From Vicugna vicugna (lineage: Eukaryota), in the NCBI GenBank assembly GCA_013265495.1, contig MU057654.1, forward strand, positions 235,203 to 299,202: 64,000 bases of DNA, read 5' to 3'. The notes beneath the pieces are model-generated. The model ran no database searches. It was not told the DNA's origin and saw only the letters and a list, made by a program, of their open reading frames with translations. The position numbers and the translations under genes are program-made. Shown here one piece after another: positions 53,231 through 64,000 of this stretch (its first letter is position 1; each line of letters opens with the position of its first letter).

Positions 53231-54349
53231 GACCCTGATGTAGAATTAAGCCATCTCTATTATACTTTTCCCACATTATGGTGACACCTAGAATTCTTGT
53301 GAAGCTATGGTGTCGCAGGTATCCAGACAGGGAGCTAGAAAGATCACAGGGTTAATGGTATATGTGAGGGAGCAAGAACTATGTCAGGTAATATTTCATC
53401 TTGCCACATTTCCTATCCCTAGGAAATCCTTGTTCCCCAACAAAGAAAATATATTTTTCATGTAGGTGTCACTCCCTCAAAGAAGGTAGGAATAGAATTG
53501 CTGTCCAAAATTTGTTTAGAATAGCAATCCTCATGTGCAAATCAGCAAGTAGATGTTGTCTTTCCCAGGGTCCCCTTCTGTCAGGGATAAAGCTGGATAC
53601 TGAACAGATTTTTCACTTCCCTCATTTAAAGGTGGTTACTTGTTCTTCTAGGCCTAACTAATGCCAGAGAAATCATTCTTACTTACTCCTTTCATTCATG
53701 ATTCAATGATGAAATATAAGTCCCCCACCTCTGGGACATAAATTCCAGCATAAATTTATTTAGTTCACATTGAATTGATTGAGAAAATCCTAAGGTGACT
53801 GAATTTATCTTCAATTGGCAAGATTAGGTTTCCAACAACTGGCAGAATGGGGCTCAAAATGCATACTAAGATCAGCTATATAAAAACAGAGATTTCTTTA
53901 CCAGCTGAGTTTTATATCCTGAAAATTTATACCCACTAAAAATCAATAAAAGATATTTCTAAAGAGATTATAAAACTGTACAGTATGATCTCAAATACTT
54001 TTGAAAATGAATATGCATTAAAAAAGGTTAGGAGGATAAACACTCAATTTCACTTCCTGGTGACTCTCAAAATCTATAATTCATCCAATAATTCATTAGT
54101 TCAAGAAATATTTATTGGGTATTATTATGCATCAGGTACTGGACATCCAATTCCATACTTCATCCCATAATATATTTCTTCTAAATTTCAGGCTCATATA
54201 GCAAACTTTCTACTATGTATGCCCATTTAAGGAAGATAAATAGTACTAAGCAATTGAATGTCTATGGCCCCCACATGGACTGTACCAAACAAGTTTAGAC
54301 CAACGTTGGCCCTGAATCCTAAAAGCTCACCATGTAAAAGGGAGGCCAT

Positions 54350-54600
54350 GTGTCAGAATGGAGAGAGCTTGGGTTTTTAAGTCAGACACAACTGGGTTAG
54401 AACTCCAGCTCTGCCTCTTATTAACTGTATAATCTTGGAAATATAATTAACTTCTCTGAGCTTCACAGAGCATATTTAGTGAAAAGATGAGTAATGAAAG
54501 ATATTATGGTATCTACTTTACAGTATTTTTCAGCATTTAAAGAGAAAAAGTACGTAAAGTGCCTAACAGTTTCTGACTCATATTAGGCACCTAGCAGAAG
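54350..54600 (+). mobile_element. MIR SINE (paralog of about 48915-49090)
   Basis: agtcagacacaactgggttagaactccagctctgcc...taacttctctgagcttca...gtaaagtgcctaacag. Confidence 0.75.
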
Positions 54601-54757
54601 TTTATTTCCCATCCCATGCCCTCCCTTCTGTGGCAGAGGTGGCACTGCCATAAATGAAATAGCACAAATATATGATAAAAAGCATTTGGAATGGCTAGAA
54701 TAGAAATAAAAACCAACATACATTTGTTATGTAAGAAATAAACTATATTCTTGGTTA

Positions 54758-54840
54758 TATTTGGCTAAACCACAAGAAATTGCTGATTTTCAAACATTTT
54801 TGACTTACCAAACAACAATTTCATATCTTTCAATCTAATA
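54758..54840. mobile_element. MADE2-like Mariner MITE
   Basis: About 80-bp quasi-palindrome tatttggctaaaccacaagaaattg...caatttcatatctttcaatctaata with TA ends. Confidence 0.7.
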
Positions 54841-54875
54841 GAATGATTTACATATTGAATTGAAAGAGGGGGACA

Positions 54876-55020
54876 GTGTGGGGAGGATATAGCTCAAGTG
54901 TTAGAGCACGTGTTTAACATGCAGGAGGTCCTGGGTTCAATCCTCATCATCTCCTCTAAAAATAAATGGATAAATAAATTACCTCCCCCCAAAAAAACAG
55001 CAAAAATAAAGTTAAAAAAA
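54876..55020 (+). mobile_element. Vic-1-type camelid tRNA-derived SINE
   Basis: ggggaggatatagctcaagtgttagagc...gaggtcctgggttcaatcc...aattacctccccc and an A tail. TSD gaaagagggggaca at 54862-54875 and 55021-55034. Confidence 0.88.
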
Positions 55021-57806
55021 GAAAGAGGGGGACAATCTTCACCCTTATTCTGTTGAATTGGGTTTTTCCCTCTCCTCTTTCTGTATCTCAAGATAGACAT
55101 CAGGATAGCACAGAATATATATGTCTCTGCTATCCTGTTAACCCTAGAAAGACTATAGGAGCACAAAGCTACAGTGATAGATCTGGCAGGCAGGATGCTG
55201 GATAGAGGGTCAGGAGAGACGCCAGGATTCTAGGACTGGAAGCATAACCTATGACAGAACCTTGATTGAGTCACTTCCCCTTTGCTAGCCTAGACAGATC
55301 ACCAGAATGAAATTGAGGAGCCTTCCCAGACATCCTGGAGTGTTGTGGAAACCCATGAAAACCTAAGCTGGGCAAGCACTCTAGGTTCTCAGCTGTGAAA
55401 ATCTGTTAAGGCCAAGGAATTAGTTTAACAGAAAGTAATTTGCAGCAATAACAGAACAGTACACATTAGGCACTCGAATAGCAATTATTTGTGAAATGTC
55501 CACAAATACTTTTAAAACATAAATGACACACAGATGGACATGGATACTGCTGTTTACAAAACTAAGGAAATTCAATGTGAACTCTACCTGCTAGTGTGCT
55601 ATGAGCTTTCCATGTGATGTTTCCTTTAATACTTAAGGAAAGCCTGTGGGGCAACATTTATTATTTCAATTCTTCAGATGGATATTTTTACATTTCATTA
55701 ATTGAATCTTAACTAAGTGACAGAGCCCAGGATTCACATTTGGTCTTTCTATTTCCCCAATCTATGCTCTTTCCTCTCTAGGACATTGGCATGGGGCTAA
55801 TCAAGTTCTTGGTGTGTCCAGCCCTAGAATTTTTATCCCAATGACAAGCACGTCTGTTACGAACACCACTGATAAGAATTTGATTGAGTGCGTGCTTGTG
55901 GCATATGACACAGTATGCAGATGGAACAACTTGAGCAAAAACATGGAATTCGAGGGAATGTTTGGCTTGCTTGGGTACTGGAACTGGACTGGAAACTCTG
56001 CAAAAGGGAGTTCTTCAGACTAGGATGGTCTCATAAGTCAAAAACCCAACTATATATTTCAGGCAGTTGTATAGCACAACTGGAAGCTAAATGAGTTGTA
56101 AAAATTATTTGAGGCTTAATGTTCTTCACTATCAGTTTCACATTCATAAATTAGTCCAAATTTTAAAAGCAAATTTAAACAGAAATAGAAGTATGGGTCA
56201 GAGATGCAACTGGGTCTTTATATCGGCCTAGAGCAGATGGGCAAAATTTGGAGGAAATAGCCTTCTCTTTGCTGTTATCCTCTAGTTCAAATTGCAAGTT
56301 GAATTTTCTCATCAGAATTATGGACCATGTCCTCCTTGTTCTTCATCAGACTCCCTTGGGTTAATAATGGACTGGGAGAGGAAAGCATCATCAGTGGTAG
56401 GGTGTGGGAGGTGTTTGTGTCTGCGGCTGTCCAGAGCGAGTCCTGCTGTTATTTTTCTCTGTGTATGAATGTGTGTATGTGTGTATGTTTTGGCCTCGAG
56501 TAATCCAGTGTCGTTCTCCTTCTTTGTTATTGCCAGTTTCTCAAAGTTTCTCCTTTGTTATCTAATTCATGTCTTTGTCAAAGAAGTTCATGCAAAATTT
56601 AAGTGGATATAAGAAATCATATTTGGCCTGGCTTCCTTGGCAGTTCTGCGTAATATGTCCTCGATGTAATCTTTGCTGACTGAGGAGTGGACAAAATGTT
56701 GATAGACATTATAGTGACAAGCTAGGATATCTGCCAGATGGCACATAACATTCTAGAGCTAGAAGTCCAAGAGTAAAAGGGAGAGTTTTAAAGTCAAGAT
56801 AGTGGAGTTTCCAGGCAGCCAATATTTGAATGCTGACCTCTATTTAAGAAAAATGGAACTTTATTTGTTTGTTTTCCCTTGTCCAGGGTATCCCCCATTA
56901 TTAATTCATTTATTTCTTTATTCACTCATATTATTTCCAACCCTGATAGTATCTAGAGTTCAGTACTTTTCACTGGTGGTTCGGCTGACATTTTGCTGAT
57001 GTGTTTAAGTTGCTATAACAACCCTTGTATATTGGTATCATTTTTCCTTAACAAAAGCAAGTAAAGAGTTCAAAATATAAAATGGCTAGTGAGAGAAAGA
57101 GGCCTTTTCATTCCCTCATTTCTTTTCCAAACTCACTCCTACAAACAACTTCTCAGAACAATCCTGGCAGTGAGAGACATCATTTGGAGACATTAAACTC
57201 CAGACCCACCACCTGTCCCTGCTGTGACTCATAATATAAACATAGACCCTCTGTGTAGCCTGTTTCCTAGAACTTTAAAATATAACTCACAGCTGGTGTC
57301 TCCCCTTCTGAGAGGCCCCTGTGTATGAGAGGCCCTTTCATGGAGTGAGCCAGATAGCTAATGGTACAGCAGAGCCTTGCATGAATTTCCAATCTTAAAA
57401 GGCTTCACAAATTTATGCTTTTCTCCAAATATATTAGTACAATCTGAATCCCCATCTCTCCCAGATCCCTACAGTGTCCCATGGGACATCCCCATCATCC
57501 ACTTCAACCTTTTGCCACAAAGATCCCATCCCTTCTCCTCACCTACATCCAGAGGCAGTCATGCTTTCCTCTCTCTTAGGCTTTTGTATTCTGTTGAGGA
57601 GTCCTCAGGCCTCAGTCATTCACACCTGTGAATTAGGCGCTGCTTGACACAACAGAATGGTCAAATTCAATTGTCTCTCATTTAGGTTTGGTACTGTGCA
57701 TTTTTTGCTTACTTTTAAAATATTCTTTAGAAAGAAATAAGAGTTATACGTATTTCTTAAACATATTGTCCCTAGGAAGACTGTAGCTCATTGAGAATGA
57801 AGATAC

Positions 57807-58422
57807 TGAAACCAAGGGTAGTCATCAGATCCATTAAACTATAATTTGCTTAGTAAATAATGAATGTAACCTGACTTCACTGATCAAATAGACTTTAATT
57901 GTTTTTATGAAAACTTGCATGTCCTCCAAGCATCACACAGCCTAAACAATAAGATGTTTGCCTAAGTTGTTTTTCAGGAAGTTGGAGTCAGCTGTGTTCA
58001 GTTTGAGCTCGAGCCAGTTAAGACTGGTTAGGACTACCAACCCTCCAACTGGGCATGTACAAGTGTCCACTCAGTGACCTCTTAATGTCAGAGGGCCAAA
58101 AATTCCACCCTCAGAACATGATAGCACCACCATTTTCTGAACATGTGTCCCACGAAGAAGCCTGTAGCTTAGCTGTGCCTGTGCAGGAGGATGATTACCT
58201 CACCTTTTTCTTATCTTCAGTTGCCTTTCCCCATACTCCCCACACCTCAGCTTTATCCCATTGATATCCCAAGCCTCTAGCCTTCGAGGAGACAGATTTG
58301 AGATTTATTCTCCTGTCTTCTTGCTTGGCTCCCTCATGAATAAACCCCTTCTTTGCTGCAAACTTTGATGTCTCAGTGTTTGGCTTGCTGCACAATGGGC
58401 AAAGGAAGCTGATTTGGTAACA
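57807..58422 (+). mobile_element. ERV1 solo LTR, MER41-like
   Basis: TG...CA ends, 4-bp TSD atac (57803-57806 and 58423-58426), AATAAA at 58339. The segment tcagagggccaaaaattccaccctcaga...ccattttctg resembles MER41 as recalled. Confidence 0.78.
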
Positions 58423-58571
58423 ATACCAGTCCCTAGGTTTGTGAATTCCAAAAAAATAGATAATGAACAAAAAGAACAGAAGACCCAATACAGAATTTGG
58501 CAGGCTGACCATGGAGTGGACATGCTGAAAGGATTATATTGGTTGTTCAATATCTGTGTTGACATCTAGCC

Positions 58572-58772
58572 CAGGGGTTGGCATACTGTTTTTCAGGAAA
58601 GGACCAGATAATAAATATTTTGGTCTTTGGGGGCCATGTAGTTTCTGTCTCAACTATTCAACTCTGCTGTTGTACTGATAAAGTAGTGCGGGTATGTTCT
58701 AATAAAACTTTATTTATAAAAAACAGAAGGTGGGCTGGATTTCGCCCATAGGCCACAGTTTACAAATCCCTT
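58572..58772 (+). mobile_element. MER58A-like hAT-Charlie DNA transposon
   Basis: caggggttggca...ccagataataaatatttt...taataaaactttattta...ggccacagttt. 8-bp flanks atctagcc/atctagta. Confidence 0.85.
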
Positions 58773-59334
58773 ATCTAGTAGACGGTGTAGCCCGCATATG
58801 CTTGTACCAGAATATCCAAGCAATCAATATGAAAATCCTAAGTGTTGGTTAAGAGGTGCGGCTTTTATTCCTCAATTCTCTGCCTATCATCTCACTGATT
58901 CATGTTATAAATGGATACTTACCATTGGTTAGCGCTCAGCATTTTTGTCGAGTTGATACTGAGGTTCCATGGGTACTTGTAAATCACCCCAATATCCTTT
59001 GGAAGCTGGAATCACTATCTCTTCACACGTGGAGAAAAAAGGTTCAGGATACTAAAAGATAACAGGGAAAAAAGTTTCTATTTCCTAACACTTGGCACCA
59101 CTCTTATAAATAACTCTTCAGTGTAGTAACAACACTTTGAAGTAATATTCTAGACCAGCCACCTATTTCTGCTGCTACTGCAAAATGCAAACGTAAATAA
59201 CCTTTAGATTCATTTTCTAGTTGGCAGTATTCTTGCTTTCTTTCAGACTGTAATTGTGAGCAATATTATGGTAATGTTAGAATAGGACCTCAAGTTTTGA
59301 ATGTTGAATTAATAATAAAATAAAATTAAAAGAC

Positions 59335-59625
59335 AATAATGAAAGACGCAATGTTGAACATGATAAGATAATTAATACTGCTGTATATTATAAATGGAAG
59401 TTGATAAGAGAGAAAATCCTAAAAGTTCTCAACACAAGGGAAAAATAGTTTTTCTATTTCTTTAATGTTGTATCTGTATGAGATGATGGGTGTTCCCTAA
59501 ACCTATTGTGGTAATCATTTCGTAATGCATGTAAATCAAATCATTATGTTCTACACCTTAACTTTATACAGTGATATATGTTAATTATGTCTCAATAAAT
59601 CTGAAAGAAAATTAAAATATAAAAT
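59335..59625 (+). mobile_element. Older LINE-1 3' terminal fragment
   Basis: tatgagatgatgg...caaatcattatg...ctcaataaa followed by an A-rich tail. Same family as 31166-31410. Confidence 0.75.
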
Positions 59626-60705
59626 AAGGTAGTAAGAATATCAATGATAATAATAAAGATTTCAAGATTTACCTAATCACGCTGCTATAATTTTTGCTCT
59701 CAGTTTAGGAAATCATACATTTGACATTTAGGCCCATTGGCCACTCTTTACATATATATATATACATACACTGTATGGTTTTTGCCTGTTTGCCTTTCAT
59801 AGACTGATTTTGCTTCTAAGTTAGACGGAGGGGTATGCTTTAACCTTCTCCCAGAGAGATGTTATCCCCCTTTATTTTCTTCTTAAGCAGACCTTCTTTC
59901 AGACATTATTTCAGTCTTGAGTATCCACTGATTAATTTTCAGTTTGATCACATTGCCCACATTGGGCCAGATTGGACACACATTTCTCTTACATCACTTC
60001 ATCCTAATTTTCTGGAGCTGGGCCTAAGTTCTGCTATGTGGAGTCTTATACAGTATGAACACATTGTTAGGGGAAATCTCCTGGTCTCTGAAGCTCTTGT
60101 CCAGGAAGGTATCTGCTTGAGAAGTCTCTATCCCATCTGTTGCTTGGTCATCTGTTTATATAAGTGGCCCTATAGATATTGGAATCAATCATCCCAAATA
60201 CATAGTCCTTTGCAACAAATTAGAGTTCCTCTAAACCTAGTGGTCTTTCTCACTATAGTCCTACATTTATCCACAAAGATGTTATACAGTCTGGTGGCTC
60301 ACTATGGTCATCTTCTCTTGCAGTTGCCTTTTCCTTAAAGTCCAGAGATCCAGTATATCTTAAATACAACTCCTTTTCCTCTTCTCAAATCTTTCTTAAG
60401 TTCTGTCACATCATGAGTTATATTTATGCCATCCATTCCTAGATTTTCTTTTAAAAAAATCTTTCTACATTTTCCCTAGGATTTCTGACTCCTGTTTTTT
60501 TTATCCTAAGCACCTAATGTGTCTCCTGGACACAGCTTAAATTTTGCTCAGTAAATGCAAGTGCATTTCAGCCCTGCTACCATAGGATTACTGCCAGTTC
60601 TCCTTGGTTGGAAAAATAAAGCACAAATCCTTCAATAATACATGTAGTGTTTATCTCCATCTTTAGTCCTAGAGTTGAATAACAATCAACATTCCCAATA
60701 GATTA

Positions 60706-63219
60706 CAAAAATCCTCAACAAAATACTAGCAAATTGACTCCAACAATGCATTAAAAGGATCATACACCATGATCAAGTCGGATTTATCCCAGGGATGCAG
60801 GGATTTTTCAATAGGTGCAAGTCAATCAATGTGATACACCACATTAACAAATTGAAGAATAAAAACCATATGATACTCTCAATAGACACAGGGAAAGACT
60901 TTGATAAAATTCAACATACATTTATGATCAAAACTCTCCAGAAAGTGTTCGTAGACGGAACATACCTCAACATAATAAAGGCCATATATGACAAACCTAC
61001 AGCTAACATCATACTTAATGGGGAAAACCTGTAAGCATTCCCTCTAAGATCAGGAACAAGGTTGTCCACTCCCACCACTTTTATTCAACATAGTTTTGGA
61101 AGTCTTAGTCATAGCAATCAGAGAAGAAAAAGAAATAAAAGAAATCCAAATTGGAAATGAAGAAGTAAAACTGTCACTGTTTGCAGATGACATGATACTA
61201 TACATAGAAAACCCTAAAGAAGCAACCAGAAAACTACTAGAACTCATCAGTGAATATGACAGTTTCAGGATAGAAAATTAATATACAGAAATCAGTTGCA
61301 TTTCTATACACTAGCAATGAAATAACAGAAAGAGAAATTAAGGAAAAGATACCATTTACCATCATGCCAAAAAGAATAAAATACCTGGGAATAAACCTAC
61401 CCAAGGAGGCAAAAGACCTGTATGCCAAAAACTGTAAGACACTGATGAAGGAAATTGAAGACAACATAAACAAATGGAAAGATACACCGTGCTCTTGAAT
61501 TGGAAGAATCAATATTGTCAAAATGGTCGTACCGCCCAAGGCAATTTACAGATTCAGTGTAATCTCTACCAAGTTACCAATGACATTCTGCACAGGGCTG
61601 GAACAAAAAATGTTAAAATTTGTATGAAAACACAAAAGACCTCGAATAGCCAAAACAATCTTGAAAAAGAAGAATAGAGCTGAGGGAATCATGCTCCCTG
61701 ACTTCAGACTATACCACAAAGCTACAGTAATCAAAACAGTATGGTACTGGCACAAAAATAGATACATAGATCAATGGAACAGGGTAGAAAGTCCAGAAAT
61801 AAACCCATGCATGCATGATCAATTAACCTATGACATAGGAGGCAAGAATATACAATGGAGAAAAGACTGTCTCTTCAATAAATGGTGCTGGGAAAACTGG
61901 ACACCTATCTGTAAAAAACTGAAATTAGAAGATTTCCTAACACCATGTACAAAAATAGACTCAAAATGGATTAAAGAACTGAATGTAAGACCAGATACTA
62001 TACCCCTCCTAGAGGAGAACATAAGCAGAAAACTCGTGGACATACATTACAGCAATATATTTTTTGAACCAGCTCCTGGAGTATTGGAATTAAAAGCAAA
62101 AATAAACAAATGGGATCTAACTAAACTTAAAAGCTTTTGCACAGCTGAGGATACCATCAACAACAAAAAAGACAACTTACAGAATGAGAGAAAATATTTG
62201 CAAATGATGTGACTGACAAGGGACTAATTTCCAATATATACAAATAGCCCATATATCTTAATATCAAAGAAACAGGCAACCCAATCCAAAAATGGGCAGA
62301 AGACCTAAACAAGCAATTCTCCAATGAAGACATACAAATGGCCAATAGGAACATGAAAAAATGCTCAGCATCGCTAATTGTCAGAGAAATTTAGAACAAA
62401 ACTACAATGAGATATCACTTCACACCAGCCAGAATGGCCATCATTGAAAAGTCTACAAATGATAGATGCTGGAGAGGGTGTGGAGAAAAGGGAACCCTCC
62501 TGCACTATTGGTAGGAACGCAGATTGCTGCATCCACTATGGAGGACAGTATGGAGGTTCCTTAAAAATCTGAAAATAGACTTAGCACGTGATCCACCAAT
62601 CCCACTCCTGGACATATATGCAGAGAAAAATAAAATTCAAAAAGACACATGCACCACAATATTCATAGCAGCACTATTTAAGACAGCCAAGACATGGAAA
62701 CAACCCAAATGTCCATCAACAGATGACTGGATAAAGAAGATGTGGTACATACATACATTGGAACACTACTCAGCCATAAAAAAAGAATAAAATAATGCCA
62801 TTTGCAGCAATATAGATGGACCTGAAAACTGTCATTCAAAGTGAAGTGGGCCAGAAGGAAAAAGAAAAATGCCATATGACATCATTTATATGAAGAATCT
62901 AAAAAATAATAACAATAATAATAAAGACACAAATGAACTAATTATTATTTTGATTTCTTGAATATGTGTAAGCAAATTTGACTGTCCTTTATGACTAGAT
63001 TACCACATTCTGTTTCTTATTTTGGAGTTGGCTTTATTCCTTTGATAACTATGTAAGTTTAAAAAGCTAAAGATCTAATCTGTTCTTAGAAACAATAATT
63101 AGTACATATATGAAAACTAAAAAAAGTGCAGTATACACTTTATATGTATTTACATGCAATATAATGTGTATATGCAGTTGAACTGTAATAATTCCACATA
63201 ATAAAACTGGAAGAAAAAA
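60706..63219 (+). mobile_element. 5'-truncated LINE-1 (RT to 3' UTR) with an atypical 3' tail
   Basis: Motifs [20 protein letters not shown] and FNKWCWENW, with stops and frameshifts. TSD aa(c/t)att(c/g)ccaatagatta at 60688-60705 and 63220-63237. Confidence 0.92.
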
Positions 63220-63499
63220 AATATTGCCAATAGATTATTATTCTTAAACTCTCAGGTTGTAAACTTATTTCCAAATTATTTGGGGGTTTGGGAAAACACT
63301 TTATTGTAGCTCTCATGTGTTTATATTATTCTCCTTATTTTTGGTCTTCTTTTAAAAATTAATAATTGATGGTAAGTATATGATCAGTTCCGTCAAACTG
63401 ATTGAGGAAATGGTCATATTTTTCCAGTCACTGGAGGCAGAGTTTGGGAAAGTATTATTCTAATAACCCAGTAGATTTTCTTATTACAGATCTCTGTCC

Positions 63500-63800
63500 A
63501 ATCCCAAGTCTCTCAAAGCATGCTTGTTGTCATCCTTCATACTAGCTTCCCTTTCAGAAGCCCTTTCTCTCAGAGGAAAGCAGGACATTTTGACAAGGCT
63601 GATTTGATGCGACCATTATGCCAGAGCTGCTCAAAAATGTCAGTGTTGAATCTCAAAAGACTGTTTTTGATTACCAAGCTATATACGTAACGACCATCCC
63701 TGACCCTCACCCTATCCTTGACCCTTTCTTCCAGAGAACAGACCAGCTTTTCTCTTAATATTTTACACTTTCAACGTCTGTGGTCAGTAAGTCTCTGTGG
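63500..63800 (+). repeat. Probable further diverged copy of the distal module
   Basis: ttccctttcagaagccct vs tccccttctgagaggcccct (57301), aatctcaaaagac vs aatcttaaaaggc, and ccagagaacagaccagcttttctct vs ccagaggcagtcatgctttcctct, all in the same order. Confidence 0.45.
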
Positions 63801-64000
63801 GATCTGGGGCTATTTTTAAAACACTCTTTATCCAGTCAGCTTCTCAGTAGAAAGTCTTACATTACATTTCCCCCATCATTCACATCTTGATGAGACCACT
63901 GGCATTTCTCCTGCATCCGATTTACATAGTTTATATGTACATTTTCCCTTTTTTGACGCATTATTATCGAAAGTTCAGATTTTCTTACATTCTACCTAAT

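Larger units (their letters stand above)
53900..57700 (+). repeat. Ancient tandem-duplication unit, copy VII (distal half)
   Basis: tgtacagtatgatctcaaatacttttgaaaa (53977) matches tgtacattttgatccaaaatatatttgaaaa (38386). 57443-57690 is clearly homologous to 51134-51380. Confidence 0.78.

Noticed and set aside
55880..55925. ECVLVAYD resembling the olfactory receptor MAYDRYVAIC motif
   Set aside because: No other OR motifs nearby. The sequence looks like a decayed MIR/L2 end (atttattgagtgc-type).
56728..56748. Additional CTCF-like words (ctgccagatggcac; also about 11186, 22490 and 54632)
   Set aside because: Weaker core matches without a U motif and not at the paralogous slot. Cannot be supported by eye.
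691..62875. Numerous 60-150 aa hydrophobic ORFs in the track
   Set aside because: They are antisense or off-frame readings of L1, MIR and microsatellite DNA, often with non-ATG starts and no recognisable domains.
11888..63092. Scattered TTCNNNGAA (GAS/STAT) and TCCCNNGGG (EBF) motifs
   Set aside because: Expected many times by chance in 64 kb, with no convincing clustering.
1..64000. CRISPR array or prokaryotic operon
   Set aside because: No regularly spaced direct repeats with spacers. The sequence is mammalian repeat-rich DNA.

Overview
AT-rich, repeat-dense mammalian genomic DNA. It is most likely camelid (camel/alpaca), judging from two Vic-1-type tRNA-derived SINEs. There is no CpG island, no recognisable host protein-coding gene, no RNA gene and no CRISPR array. 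Almost all long ORFs in the track are LINE-1 ORF1/ORF2 pieces or their antisense. Identified repeats include young L1 insertions with target-site duplications (one 5'-inverted, two carrying extra 3' sequence), older L1M, L2 and MIR fragments, a MER41-like ERV1 solo LTR, an MLT1 LTR, MER58A, MER53, MADE2 and a 195-N gap. The main observation is that the apparently unique DNA between these repeats is a decayed head-to-tail tandem array of a multi-kb unit, with about 7-8 partial copies, all on the + strand. Each copy had a slot for a CTCF site. Three copies keep a strong CTCF core plus upstream (U) motif in the same orientation, and the others have lost it. A 40-bp block is 39/40 identical between two otherwise diverged copies, and several paralogous splice-flanked segments suggest non-coding or 5'-UTR exons. 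All alignments were done by eye and need computational confirmation. The host locus could not be identified.
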